Of a DNA stretch of 64,000 bases, positions 1-9,840 are shown piece after piece. Position numbers and translations under genes: made by a program. The stretch is from Nitrospirota bacterium (lineage in GTDB: Bacteria > Nitrospirota > UBA9217): positions 128,001 to 192,000 of the forward strand of contig CAVWHO010000015.1 in the NCBI GenBank assembly GCA_963754875.1, read 5' to 3'. Below the pieces are notes generated by a model. That model searched no databases and was not told where the DNA came from. It saw only the letters and a list, made by a program, of their open reading frames with translations. How positions within the stretch are numbered: the first letter of the stretch is position 1; each line of letters begins with the position of its first letter.

Positions 1-1150
1 TCCTGAACGACGGGAAAGCAAAGCCGGAAGGCGCTGCCCTTGCCCGGCTCGCTCGTTACTTTGATGTAGCCGCCGACGGACCTGCATGATGTTTGACGCT
101 ATCACGAGGCCGAGGCCCGTTCCGCTGTCCTTTGTCGTGAAGAACGGGTCGAAGATGCGCTCCAGGTCCTGGCGGGGTATGCCGCATCCCGTGTCATTGA
201 TGCTCACCACGACCGTATCTTTGCCCCTCTCCAGGCGAACATCGATAGCGCCGCCGTCCGGCATGGCCTGGATCGCATTGATCATGATGTTCATGAAAAC
301 CTGCTTCAGCAGTTCGGCATCGCCGGACAGCTCGCATGCGGTCATCGCTGTGGAGAGCCGCACGTTCCGCGAGTCCATCATCGGCTGGAGCAGGCGCACG
401 GATTCTGTCGATAACGCTATCGAGCCGCATGGCTTTGAGCGCCGGCTTGTTCGGCCGCGCGAAGAAGAGCATATTGGTCAGGATCGTATTGAGGCTGCCG
501 ATGCCCGCCGTTATGCCCTGCGCAAGGTCCTTGTGCGAGGTCGTCGTGAGTTCTTTTTCAAGCATGCTCGCGAAGAGTTCGATGCTGCACAGCGGGTTTC
601 GGATCTCATGCACGAGTTTGGCGGCCATTTCGCCCATGGAGATCAACCGCTGGTTCCGTTCGTGCCGGAGTTCGAGCTCCCGAAGCCGGGTGATGTCCTT
701 GATTAGAATTACCCGTCCCTGGAGACATCCCTCGGCATCGACGACGTCGGAGCGGGACAGGATGACCGTATAGCGCTTACCACCCGCTTCCAGCACGGTG
801 TCCGTGTCCTCCGTGGTCAGAGAGAATTCGATCGCAGCAACGGGCTTGCCTACGGCCTCGGCAACGGAAGTCTGGAGGAGTTTTTCTGCCGACCGGTTCA
901 TCGTGGTCACCCGTCCGTCGGGGCCCGCCGCGACGATCGCTTCTTCGAGATTGTAGAGGATGGCCTTGAGATAGTCCTTGTTCCGCTCCGCATCGGCAAG
1001 GGCGTCGTTCAGCTGCCTGTTTTTGATTTCGAGTTCGTTGGACAGGTGGGCGATCCGGTCCTTCAGCTCTCCGTAATACGTTTCGAGGCTCTTCGATGCT
1101 GCGGCAAACGTCTGGAATGCTTCATTCAACTGGTCGATCTTCATCAGCAC
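1..1150 (-). CDS. Flagellar PAS sensor histidine kinase (FleS/FlrB/FlgS-like); two +1 frameshifts (~407, ~78); runs off the window edge
   Basis: N-terminal coiled coil, PAS, and HisKA H-box (LVHEIRNPL). The HATPase_c motifs (QVFMNIMINAIQAM, DTGCGI, FDPFFTTK, GTGLGL, GGYIKVTSEPGKGSAF) continue in shifted frames. Confidence 0.85.
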
Positions 1151-1152
1151 AC

Positions 1153-2976
1153 CTATTCGGCCCTTCTTCGGAGCTGGGCCCCCTTGAGTTCGGCGGCGGC
1201 AAAGCGTCCGATCGCGTCGTTTTCCGCCTGTATCGCTTTGAGGGAGTTCTCGGAGTCTTCACCCTTCGCAATGGCCGCTATGCGGTAATACGCCCATTCC
1301 GTATCAGCCGCGGTCTTGGCGTCCCTGGGCGCCTTCCCGGGTCTCGCGGCAACGGCGGCGCGATAATAAGCGAGCGCCTTTTGCCTGTTTCCCGCTGCGT
1401 ACAAAATATCGGCGAACCGCACGGCGATCGTGGGCGAGACGCTCGTCTTCGCGATGGCCCGCTCGCAGAATGCCGTTTCCTTCTTGATGTTCGCGAGCAG
1501 CTTCATCGAATCGAGAAGCAGGCGAACATCGTCTTCGCTCACGTCATGGATTTTCATAATCGACTCCGCCGCGTTCGTGCCCTCCTGGGAGGCCAGGGAG
1601 ATCTTGGCCCGGATGCGCAGGACCGTGTCGCTGACGACCGCCGGATTCGCACGCTTCAGATAGTCGCGTGCGGCCGCCGCGTCGCCCAGGTCCGCGTAAA
1701 AATCGGCAAGCAGCAGCAACGCTTCCGATTGAACATCACCGGTGCCGTACTTGATGAGCCAGGAGCACACGTCGAGAAAAGGCTTGCCGGCGCTCCGAAG
1801 GTGGGGGGCGATTTTGACGATCGAAGCGGCCCGTGACGGATCCAGGAGCAAGCTTCCCGCCGTGTTCCATAGTTTGACGAACTGAGCGGGGTCGCGGTCC
1901 TTCGCTTCATTGAATATCGCCTCGATCTCATTGAGCGCGGCGGGGACCGGGTTCCTGCGCAGAATGAGCTCTCTCAGGAGTGCAATGGACTCATTAAATT
2001 TTCCCTGGGTCCTGTACAGTCTGGCCAGAAGGACGAGCGCAGCATCGTACTGCTTCCCGTAGGGATAGTTCTTCTTGATCTCCAGGAGCGAGGTCTGGGC
2101 TTCCTCATTTTTCCCCGCCTGCATATAGGCATCGGCACGGTTCATGATGGCTTCGCGCCTGAGGGAGCGCTCCGGTGATTCCGCCGCAGTGTTAAATGCG
2201 GCCACTGCATCATCGAACCGTTTCTCTGTTAAAGCAATAAGCCCGAGCCCACGGGCCGCTTGGTATTTAAAGGCCGGATCTTTCACCAATTCAAAGAAAC
2301 TCCTCGCATCGTTCAATTTGCCCATTCGCCGATAACTTTCTCCGAGGTTGTAAATCCATTCCGGCGATGAACGGACCAGGTCCGGGTCCTGCTCGATCAT
2401 ATCGCGGAAAATCTTGTGCGCCTCCTCGTTTCTGTTCAGGGCTTGGAGAGTGATGGCCCTTTTGATCAGCGTCTGGTGTGATGTCCCCGCTTTTTCATAG
2501 TGATCGAGCGCCTCCCGGAATTGCCCGAGCCGGTAGCGCGCATCGGCGATGCCCAGGTGCGCCCGTTCGGAAAAGCTCGAACGCGGAAATTGTTTAAGAA
2601 AGGTTTTAAAGCAAACAGCCGCTTCCGAGGAATAGCCCATGCCGGCATACACCTCGGCCCGCTCGAACAGCATACGTTCTTTATCTGCCGGTGCATTGGC
2701 GTATAGATAAGCCAGCCGGTAGTGCTCGATGGATTCATAGGGGTGGTTGAGCGCAGTGAGCGCCCGCGCATACACATAATGATAGTCCGAGAGTTCCTCG
2801 TGTGATGGTCGATAGGCGGAGAGGGCGTCGATAGTCATTGCCGGTTTGTTCTCGGCAATCAACACCTTTGCCCTTTCCAGGGGGGTAGGCGGAGTGGCAC
2901 GCTCTCCTGCCTTCACATTGTGCGTGTTCGCAAGGATGAGCATGAGCGTTACAAAGATAAGAAAATAAATCCTCAT
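1153..2976 (-). CDS. Exported tetratricopeptide-repeat protein
   Basis: Signal-peptide-like N-terminus (MRIYFLIFVTLMLILANTHNVKA) and many TPR-like repeats. Start moved to ATG 2976 because a sigma54 promoter overlaps the ORF-track start. Confidence 0.8.
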   Translation of the reverse strand: MRIYFLIFVTLMLILANTHNVKAGERATPPTPLERAKVLIAENKPAMTIDALSAYRPSHEELSDYHYVYARALTALNHPYESIEHYRLAYLYANAPADKERMLFERAEVYAGMGYSSEAAVCFKTFLKQFPRSSFSERAHLGIADARYRLGQFREALDHYEKAGTSHQTLIKRAITLQALNRNEEAHKIFRDMIEQDPDLVRSSPEWIYNLGESYRRMGKLNDARSFFELVKDPAFKYQAARGLGLIALTEKRFDDAVAAFNTAAESPERSLRREAIMNRADAYMQAGKNEEAQTSLLEIKKNYPYGKQYDAALVLLARLYRTQGKFNESIALLRELILRRNPVPAALNEIEAIFNEAKDRDPAQFVKLWNTAGSLLLDPSRAASIVKIAPHLRSAGKPFLDVCSWLIKYGTGDVQSEALLLLADFYADLGDAAAARDYLKRANPAVVSDTVLRIRAKISLASQEGTNAAESIMKIHDVSEDDVRLLLDSMKLLANIKKETAFCERAIAKTSVSPTIAVRFADILYAAGNRQKALAYYRAAVAARPGKAPRDAKTAADTEWAYYRIAAIAKGEDSENSLKAIQAENDAIGRFAAAELKGAQLRRRAE

Positions 2977-2989
2977 GTCCGTGGGTATA

Positions 2990-3005
2990 AGCAACAAGCG
3001 TGCCC
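2990..3005 (-). promoter_or_regulatory. sigma54 (-24/-12) promoter for the TPR/kinase operon
   Basis: Minus strand GGGCACGCTTGTTGCT versus consensus TGGCACG-N4-TTGCW. Confidence 0.75.
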
Positions 3006-3051
3006 GGAGATAACAGGTTGAATTTTAATGAGTATAGGTTGGAGAGGGGCT

Positions 3052-3065
3052 GTCAGTTAACTGAC
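3052..3065. promoter_or_regulatory. GTCA-N6-TGAC palindrome, candidate enhancer (FleQ-box-like)
   Basis: GTCAGTTAACTGAC upstream of a sigma54 promoter; the motif recurs at 4581, 4671 and 42728. Confidence 0.55.
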
Positions 3066-3090
3066 GTTGACGAAGGATTGGCGGAGAAAA

Positions 3091-4545
3091 TTACCGTTTC
3101 TGCATCTCGATTCCCATTTTCTTCATTTTCTCGAGCAGTGTCGTGCGGTTAAGGCCGAGCAGTTGTGCGGCTTTACTCCGTACGCCGCCTGCCTTCTCGA
3201 GGGCCTTGCGTATCATGTTCCGTTCCATGGTGCTTACTATTGCATTCAGGTCAATGCCGCCTTCACCGATTTCGACAGTGTTGTTTTGCGCGGCAGCAGG
3301 AAGCGCAGCAGTTTCGCCATGCCCCAGAGGCTCCTCAGCCGACGACGTCGCCGTTGCAAGAGCGGCAAAGGTCAACTGGTGAAGTTTTTCCGGTAGGTCA
3401 GATACTTTTACGACCGGACCGGACGCAAGGATGGTCAGGCGCTCGATGAGGTTTTCGAGTTCACGAACATTTCCCGGCCAACCGTATTTCAGAAGGCATT
3501 CCATGGCGTCCGGTGAGAACGTGAACGGCTCCCGTTTTCTCTTGCGGCAAAACTCTTGGACAAAATGGGCCATCAGAAGAGAAATGTCCTCGATCCGGCT
3601 TCTGAGCGGAGGCAGATGGAGCGGGATCACATTCAGGCGGTAGAACAGGTCTTCCCGGAACAACCCGTCTTTTGTCGCTTTTTCCAGGTCCTTATTCGTG
3701 GCAGCCAGGATGCGCACGTCCACTTTTATCGTCTTCACACCGCCCACGCGCTCGAACTCTCGCTCCTGAAGCACCCGGAGCAGCTTGACCTGAAGCGATG
3801 GATCGAGCTCGCCCACCTCGTCGAGGAAGAGCGTTCCCCCCTGCGCGAGTTCGAAGCGGCCGACGCGTGTGTTGATCGCTCCGGTGAAAGCGCCCTTTTC
3901 GTGGCCGAACAGTTCCGACTCGAGGAGGTCTTTCGGAATGGCGGCGCAGTTCAGGGGAACAAAGGGGCCGCCTGCACGAGAGCTGTTGTTGTAGTGGATG
4001 GTCTTGGCGATGAGTTCCTTGCCGGTGCCGCTCTCTCCGGTGATGAGCACGGTACTGTCCGTGTCCGCGATCTTTTCGATCAGTTCGTACACGACCTGCA
4101 TCCTCGGTGAGTCTCCGATGAGCCCCTTGAAGTTATACTTCTTCTTGAGCTGCATCTTGAGCATGACATTTTCTTTTTGCAGTTTCGATACGGAGAGCGC
4201 CTTCTCGATGACGATCATGAGCTCGTCGAGGTTGAAGGGCTTGGTCAGGTAATCGAATGCGCCGAGCCGCATTGCTTCGACAGCGGTCTGGACCGTGCCG
4301 AATGCCGTCATGACAATGACGGGAATGCTGACCTTGGATGCGAGGACTTCCTTGAGCACGTCCATCCCGGTGACGCCGGGCATCACCAGGTCCGTGAGGA
4401 TAAGATCGAACTTCTCCGCCCGAAGCATGTCGAGGCCCGTTTCACCGTTTTGGGCGAGCGTAGCCTCGAATCCTTTTTCTGAAAGAAACGAACGGAGTAC
4501 GTCCCGGACAGTATCGTCATCTTCTATGACAAGAACTCTATGCAT
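3091..4545 (-). CDS. sigma54-dependent response regulator (REC-AAA-HTH), probable flagellar master activator (FleQ/FlrA-like)
   Basis: REC ([10 protein letters not shown]), Walker [25 protein letters not shown], and Fis-type HTH ([14 protein letters not shown]); divergent from fliL. Confidence 0.9.
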   Translation of the reverse strand: MHRVLVIEDDDTVRDVLRSFLSEKGFEATLAQNGETGLDMLRAEKFDLILTDLVMPGVTGMDVLKEVLASKVSIPVIVMTAFGTVQTAVEAMRLGAFDYLTKPFNLDELMIVIEKALSVSKLQKENVMLKMQLKKKYNFKGLIGDSPRMQVVYELIEKIADTDSTVLITGESGTGKELIAKTIHYNNSSRAGGPFVPLNCAAIPKDLLESELFGHEKGAFTGAINTRVGRFELAQGGTLFLDEVGELDPSLQVKLLRVLQEREFERVGGVKTIKVDVRILAATNKDLEKATKDGLFREDLFYRLNVIPLHLPPLRSRIEDISLLMAHFVQEFCRKRKREPFTFSPDAMECLLKYGWPGNVRELENLIERLTILASGPVVKVSDLPEKLHQLTFAALATATSSAEEPLGHGETAALPAAAQNNTVEIGEGGIDLNAIVSTMERNMIRKALEKAGGVRSKAAQLLGLNRTTLLEKMKKMGIEMQKR

Positions 4546-4580
4546 GTCGTAGCACTAACATAACAAATTAAATCTTCTCT

Positions 4581-4594
4581 GTCAACTGATTGAC
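4581..4594. promoter_or_regulatory. GTCA-N6-TGAC palindrome, candidate enhancer
   Basis: GTCAACTGATTGAC in the divergent intergenic region. Confidence 0.55.
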
Positions 4595-4670
4595 AGGATA
4601 AACCACTGCTAAACATTGCCTGATGAAAGAGGTAGCGCTCCGTCACGTTTTCGCGAGCTCTTATGAAAAA

Positions 4671-4684
4671 GTCATTCCTTTGAC
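4671..4684. promoter_or_regulatory. GTCA-N6-TGAC palindrome, candidate enhancer
   Basis: GTCATTCCTTTGAC upstream of the fliL promoter. Confidence 0.5.
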
Positions 4685-4727
4685 ACTGCTCGAAAAACTT
4701 ATCTCTTTATTTTCAACATGATGGCTC

Positions 4728-4743
4728 CGGCATAGTATTTGTA
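4728..4743 (+). promoter_or_regulatory. Probable sigma54 promoter for the fliL operon (non-canonical -12)
   Basis: CGGCATAGTATTTGTA; GG-N10-GT instead of GC. Confidence 0.5.
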
Positions 4744-4776
4744 TATGTTCTCAGCATTGACATAAGGAGGAAGCTT

Positions 4777-5268
4777 ATGGCCGAAGAAAAAGAAGATAAC
4801 CAATCTGATGAAGAAAAAGCGACGAAGCCAAAAAAGAGCAACAAGAGCCTGTTTATCGTAATTGGAATCATCGTGGTTGCTCTCGCCGGAGGCATTGCCG
4901 CATATTCTCTGCTGTTCAGCAAGGGCGGAGAAAGCGCAGCGGAAACAAAACGTGAATTGAAAAAGGACACGAAGACCTCACTCATCGCACTTGATTCGTT
5001 CGTATTGAACCTCGCGGAGCAGGGGAGGTTCCTGAAGGTGACGATGCAGTTCGAAATCGCCGATCAGGCCAACCTGCCGTTGGTTACCGAGAGGACCCCC
5101 CAGCTGCGCGATGCAATAATAACGCTCATGAGCAGCAAATCCGCGGAGGCCCTTTCGAGCCCCGAAGGAAAACTGCAGATCAAGGATGAGCTTCTCCTCC
5201 GGGCCAACCAGGCGATAGGAAAGGACGTGTTTAAAAATCTCTACTTTACGGAGTTTGTAATGCAATGA
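4777..5268 (+). CDS. fliL: Flagellar basal body protein FliL
   Basis: Single TM, FVLNLA..RFLK, LRDAII, C-terminal LYFTEFVMQ; RBS AGGAGG. Confidence 0.95.
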   Translation: MAEEKEDNQSDEEKATKPKKSNKSLFIVIGIIVVALAGGIAAYSLLFSKGGESAAETKRELKKDTKTSLIALDSFVLNLAEQGRFLKVTMQFEIADQANLPLVTERTPQLRDAIITLMSSKSAEALSSPEGKLQIKDELLLRANQAIGKDVFKNLYFTEFVMQ

Positions 5269-6236
5269 GCGACATCCTTTCCCAAGACGAGGTTGATGCC
5301 TTACTCAGGGGCGTGCAGAAGGGCGAAATCGGCACCGAGGAGGCAAAGCAGAAGATCATGACCGGAGTGAGGGCCTATGACCTCACGAGCCAGGAGCGGA
5401 TCGTCCGTGGACGCATGCCGGGCCTCGAGATGGCGAACGAACGGTTCTCCCGGTTCTTCAGAAACTCGGTCTCCACGCTGGTCATGAAATTCGTCGACAT
5501 CAGCATCCACAATGTCGCGATCATAAAATTCGGCGAGTTCATGAAGACCATTCCTTTTCCCTCGAGCATCAACATCTTCAAAATGGAGCCGCTCAAGGGA
5601 TACTCGCTCCTGGTCCTCGAAGCCCCGCTGGTCTTCGCGTTCGTCGAGTTTTTCTTCGGCGGCGCCACCGTGCGGAACGTCAAATCCGAGGGGCGGGCAT
5701 TTACCACCATCGAACAGCGGGTCATCAAGAAGGTCGTTGCCATGGCGCTCACGGATATCGCAAGCGCCTGGGCCGGGATTTCGCCGATCAAACCCGAGCA
5801 CGTCGGCTCGGAAATGAACCCCCAGTTCGTGACCATCGTGACACCGAGCGAGATCGTCATCAAAATCGAAGTCCACATTGAGGTGGAAGACTTTACCGGC
5901 AAGCTTTTCTTCTGCATCCCCTATTCCATGATCGAACCGGTGAAGGAAAAACTCTACTCGGGGATCCAGAGCGACAAGTTCGATATGGACCAGCGCTGGG
6001 TCAGCCGGCTGAAAGAAATCCTCATGACCTCGGTGGTCAATGTTGCCGCGGAAATCGGCAGCGCGACGCTCACGTTCGGCGATCTGATGAGCCTGAAGGA
6101 AGGCGACGTCCTGACCCTCGACACCTCGACCACCGACGACCTGGTCGTAAGTGTGGAGGACACGCCTAAATTCGGCGGGCGCCCAGGCTTTAGCAGGGGA
6201 AACCAGGCCCTCCGGATCACCAAGATGCTGACGTAA
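5265..6236 (+). CDS. fliM: Flagellar motor switch protein FliM
   Basis: N-terminal LSQDEVDALL CheY-binding motif, CheC-like middle domain, SPOA C-terminus. Confidence 0.97.
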   Translation: MSDILSQDEVDALLRGVQKGEIGTEEAKQKIMTGVRAYDLTSQERIVRGRMPGLEMANERFSRFFRNSVSTLVMKFVDISIHNVAIIKFGEFMKTIPFPSSINIFKMEPLKGYSLLVLEAPLVFAFVEFFFGGATVRNVKSEGRAFTTIEQRVIKKVVAMALTDIASAWAGISPIKPEHVGSEMNPQFVTIVTPSEIVIKIEVHIEVEDFTGKLFFCIPYSMIEPVKEKLYSGIQSDKFDMDQRWVSRLKEILMTSVVNVAAEIGSATLTFGDLMSLKEGDVLTLDTSTTDDLVVSVEDTPKFGGRPGFSRGNQALRITKMLT

Positions 6237-6270
6237 AACGGAAATCCCCATTCAGAAAAGGAGCTACCTA

Positions 6271-6633
6271 ATGGAACAGGCTCAAGCAACAGGCAAGACT
6301 CAGGTGCAGAATCCGCCGCCCCAGGGAGCACGGTTCGAGGAATTGAAGGCCGGCAACGGGACCGGGGGAGTACAGCGGGACATGGATTTTCTGCTCGACA
6401 TCCCGCTCGAGGTCTCGGTGGAACTCGGCAGGACACGCATGCTCATCAAGGACCTGCTGCAGCTCGGACAGGGGTCCGTGGTCGAGTTGGACAAAATCGC
6501 CGGTGAACCCATGGAGATACTGGTAAACAACAAACTCGTGGCGCGAGGCGAGGTTGTCGTGGTCAATGAAAAGTTCGGGGTGAGGCTCACCGACATCATC
6601 AGCCCCACGGAAAGGATTCAAAAACTCAAATGA
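6271..6633 (+). CDS. fliN: Flagellar motor switch protein FliN
   Basis: LLDIPLEVSVELG ... GEVVVVNEKFGVR. Confidence 0.97.
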   Translation: MEQAQATGKTQVQNPPPQGARFEELKAGNGTGGVQRDMDFLLDIPLEVSVELGRTRMLIKDLLQLGQGSVVELDKIAGEPMEILVNNKLVARGEVVVVNEKFGVRLTDIISPTERIQKLK

Positions 6634-7070
6634 TGGACCTTTACCTGCATATGGGACTCGCGTTGGTTCTGGTCAGCGGATTGATCTTCCTGCTCGGCCT
6701 GTTCGTCAAGAAAAAACAGGAAAAGGGCAGCCTGATGAAGATCATGGGATATCAGTCCCTGGGCCCGAAAAAAGGGATGGCCATGGTCAAAGTCGGCCAG
6801 GAAGTGCTGCTGCTCGGTGTAACGGCAAACGATGTTAAATTGCTGAAGACCCTGAGCGGTCTCGATGATGAGACCGGACATCACCGGTCTTTCGAACAAG
6901 TGGCTGCAACCGTCGCGGCCGATACCGCAGAAAGGCTCGATGCCTTCACCGCTGCGGGAGGAACCATGGAGCACCGGCAGCTGGAAAAAGCCGACCGGGT
7001 GATCGTCGCCAACACGGGCGATAAACTCAAGAAACTCAGGGCAATCAAGGACGCTTTGGTATGCAATTAA
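6630..7070 (+). CDS. fliO: Flagellar biosynthesis protein FliO
   Basis: N-terminal TM, SLGPKK..MVKVG...LLLGVT; position between fliN and fliP. Confidence 0.85.
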   Translation: MMDLYLHMGLALVLVSGLIFLLGLFVKKKQEKGSLMKIMGYQSLGPKKGMAMVKVGQEVLLLGVTANDVKLLKTLSGLDDETGHHRSFEQVAATVAADTAERLDAFTAAGGTMEHRQLEKADRVIVANTGDKLKKLRAIKDALVCN

Positions 7071-7693
7071 CCGATCCCGCAATCCAGGTATTTCTGATCA
7101 TCAGCTTTCTGTCCTTTCTGCCGGCAATCCTGGTCATGTTTACGTCCTTTACCAGGATTGTGGTGGTGCTCTCGTTTTTGCGCCAGGCGATCGGCGGCCA
7201 GCAGATTCCGCCGAACCCGGTGATCATCGGCCTCTCGATCTTCCTCACCTTCTTCGTCATGTCACCGACGATCGACGTGATCACGAAAGACGCGATCGGG
7301 CCCTATATGGACAAGAAAATTACGATCCAGCAGGCGATCACCATTGCATCGCCGCCCCTCAAGACCTTCATGCTGAGGCAGACGCGCCAGAAGGACATAG
7401 CACTTTTTTTGAATATCGCGAAGACACCGGTGCCTGCGACCCCCGCAGACCTGCCCATGCGGATCGTGGTGCCGGCATTTGCGATCAGCGAGCTCAAGAC
7501 CGCCTTCGAAATCGGCTTCCTCCTCTTCCTGCCGTTTTTGATCATCGACGTCGTTGTCTCGAGCGTACTGCTCTCCATGGGCATGATGATGCTCCCGCCC
7601 GTGCTCGTATCGCTCCCCTTCAAACTTTTGCTCTTCGTGCTCGTGGACGGGTGGAACCTGGTCGTGGGATCTATCGTAAGGAGCTTTCAATGA
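7061..7693 (+). CDS. fliP: Flagellar export protein FliP (short, no obvious signal peptide)
   Basis: TSFTRIVVVLS, PAFAISELKTAF, MGMMMLPP, FVLVDGW. Confidence 0.97.
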   Translation: MQLTDPAIQVFLIISFLSFLPAILVMFTSFTRIVVVLSFLRQAIGGQQIPPNPVIIGLSIFLTFFVMSPTIDVITKDAIGPYMDKKITIQQAITIASPPLKTFMLRQTRQKDIALFLNIAKTPVPATPADLPMRIVVPAFAISELKTAFEIGFLLFLPFLIIDVVVSSVLLSMGMMMLPPVLVSLPFKLLLFVLVDGWNLVVGSIVRSFQ

Positions 7694-7959
7694 CCGTTGA
7701 TCTCGTAAAAGAGCTTTCCGGAGAGGTCTTCAAGACCGTGGTGATTGTGTCGGCCCCGGTGCTGCTCGTGAGTCTTGTGGTGGGCCTCGTCATCAGCCTG
7801 TTCCAGGCAGTAACGCAGATCCAGGAGTTTACCCTGACCTTTGTGCCGAAAATTCTGGCCGTCTTCGTCACCTTGTTCCTCTTTTTTCCCTGGATCGCGA
7901 GGGTCTTGATCACATACACCACGGACCTTATCACGAAGATCCCGGTGTACATACGATAA
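7690..7959 (+). CDS. fliQ: Flagellar export protein FliQ
   Basis: FQAVTQIQEFTLTFVPK; ATGA overlap with fliP. Confidence 0.96.
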   Translation: MTVDLVKELSGEVFKTVVIVSAPVLLVSLVVGLVISLFQAVTQIQEFTLTFVPKILAVFVTLFLFFPWIARVLITYTTDLITKIPVYIR

Positions 7960-7981
7960 AAAAGTACAGCGTTAAGGAACT

Positions 7982-8734
7982 ATGGAATCATACGCCCACT
8001 ACATACCGAACTTTCTTTTCATCCTCCTCCGGGCCGGGATCGTGTTGAACATGCTCCCGTTCATCGGCAGCACAAGCCTGCCGCACCAGTTCCGGATCGG
8101 CCTTGCCGTGGCAGTCGCTCTCGTTCTGACGCCGGTCGTGGATGTTCAGGTCGCAAAAAGCGCCATTCCCCTCGTCGTGGTCCGGGAAGTCATGTTCGCC
8201 ATGATCTTCGGTCTGGCAGCGCGGTTCGTCTTTTTTGCAGTAGACATGGCGGGCCAGGTCATGAGCAACGCGACCGGCCTTTCCATGGCCGCAATCATCA
8301 ATCCCGAAATCGGCCAGACCACGGAGATATCGCAACTGTACAGCATCATCGCGACACTCCTGTTCTTCGCCATCGATGCGCACCATGATCTTATTACGAT
8401 TTTCGTCAGGAGCTACGAACTTGCCCCTCTGGGGACCATCAACATGCAGGGAATCATGACGGCGGGAGTTTCCTTTACCACCAGCATTTTCATCATCGCG
8501 CTCAAGATAAGCGCCCCTGTGGTCATCATCATGCTGATCACGAACATCATCCTCGGGTTCGTTTCAAAAGCGGCGCCGCAGATGAACGTGTTCTTTGTCG
8601 GCTATCCCCTGTACCTGTTCCTCGGGTTCTTGACGATGTTTTTGAGTCTCCCGGTTTTCGTTTTTGTCATGGGCAGGTATTTCAAGGGCATCCCCGATGA
8701 GATGGGCAGGGTCTTGCTCCTCATGAAACGATGA
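7982..8734 (+). CDS. fliR: Flagellar export protein FliR
   Basis: Polytopic membrane protein, KAAPQMNVFFVGYP. Confidence 0.95.
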   Translation: MESYAHYIPNFLFILLRAGIVLNMLPFIGSTSLPHQFRIGLAVAVALVLTPVVDVQVAKSAIPLVVVREVMFAMIFGLAARFVFFAVDMAGQVMSNATGLSMAAIINPEIGQTTEISQLYSIIATLLFFAIDAHHDLITIFVRSYELAPLGTINMQGIMTAGVSFTTSIFIIALKISAPVVIIMLITNIILGFVSKAAPQMNVFFVGYPLYLFLGFLTMFLSLPVFVFVMGRYFKGIPDEMGRVLLLMKR

Positions 8735-8805
8735 TCGGACAAAGGCAGAAAGAGAGTAGTTAAGGATTTTAGCCCTATGCTCCATCCGGTTTTTGAAAGG
8801 CAGTC

Positions 8806-9840
8806 ATGGCGGAAAACAACGACAGAACAGAACAAGCAACACCGCGGCGGCGCGAGAAGGCACGGGAAAAGGGCCAGATCGCGCGAAGCCGCGAGCTCGT
8901 TTCCATGGCCACAACGGCCGGTATTCTGTTCGTGTTCTACTTTGCAGGAACGTCGTTCATGAGGAACGTCACCGGGCTTACCGGCAGGCTATTGGGCCTC
9001 CGCTACGGCAGGGACCCGCTCACCGTTATGCGGGCGGCATCCGTGGACATGGCGATGATCCTTGTTCCCTTTTTCGCAGCCGCCATCGTGTTCGCGGTTC
9101 TCTCCAATGTGCTGCAGGGAGGCGTCCTGTTCAAGCCGCTGTCGTTCGACCTGTCGAAGCTTAATCCGCTCTCCGGGATGCAGAACCTCTTCTCGATAAG
9201 CGCTTTGCCGGGCCTTTTCAAGAGCACGTTCAAATTCATTCTGGGCATCGTCCTGTTCTACATTATGGCCAAGAAGGCCCTCGTCATCCTGCCCATGACC
9301 TCAGCCATGGAACTGCACGATATCCAGTCCGTCGCATTCGGTCTTATCGGCAAGACCGTGGCCTATGCGTTCACCACCTACTTCGTCCTGGCCCTGCTCG
9401 ATTATTTGTACGAACGATGGAAGTTCGGCCGCTCTCTCAGAATGACCAAGGAAGAGATCAGGGAAGAGGCCCGTGAATCCGAAGGCGACCCGCTTATTAA
9501 AGCAAAGATCAGAAGTATGCAGCGAGACATGGCGCGCCGGAGGATGATGGAGGCCGTGCCCAAGGCAACGGTGGTGATCACCAACCCGACCCACATTGCC
9601 GTGGCGCTGCTCTATAAAAAAGATCAGACCTCTGCGCCCAAGGTCATTGCCAAGGGTAAAGGATACGTTGCTGAAAAAATCCGGGAGATCGCACGCAAGC
9701 ACGGCGTGCCGCTCATGGAAGACAAACCCCTGGCCCGGGCGCTTTTCAAGGTCAAACTCGACTCGTTCATCCCTGAAGAGCTGTACCGCGCGGTGGCCAA
9801 GATTCTGGCATACATCTACAAACTGAAAGGAGCGGCCTGA
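8806..9840 (+). CDS. flhB: Flagellar export switch protein FlhB
   Basis: TEQATPRRREKAREKGQ; NPTH autocleavage motif. Confidence 0.97.
   Translation: MAENNDRTEQATPRRREKAREKGQIARSRELVSMATTAGILFVFYFAGTSFMRNVTGLTGRLLGLRYGRDPLTVMRAASVDMAMILVPFFAAAIVFAVLSNVLQGGVLFKPLSFDLSKLNPLSGMQNLFSISALPGLFKSTFKFILGIVLFYIMAKKALVILPMTSAMELHDIQSVAFGLIGKTVAYAFTTYFVLALLDYLYERWKFGRSLRMTKEEIREEARESEGDPLIKAKIRSMQRDMARRRMMEAVPKATVVITNPTHIAVALLYKKDQTSAPKVIAKGKGYVAEKIREIARKHGVPLMEDKPLARALFKVKLDSFIPEELYRAVAKILAYIYKLKGAA

Noticed and set aside
3091..4545. FleQ-type c-di-GMP binding by the sigma54 activator
   Set aside because: The LFRS-equivalent position reads NFKG and the protein has a phosphorylatable REC; not supportable by eye.
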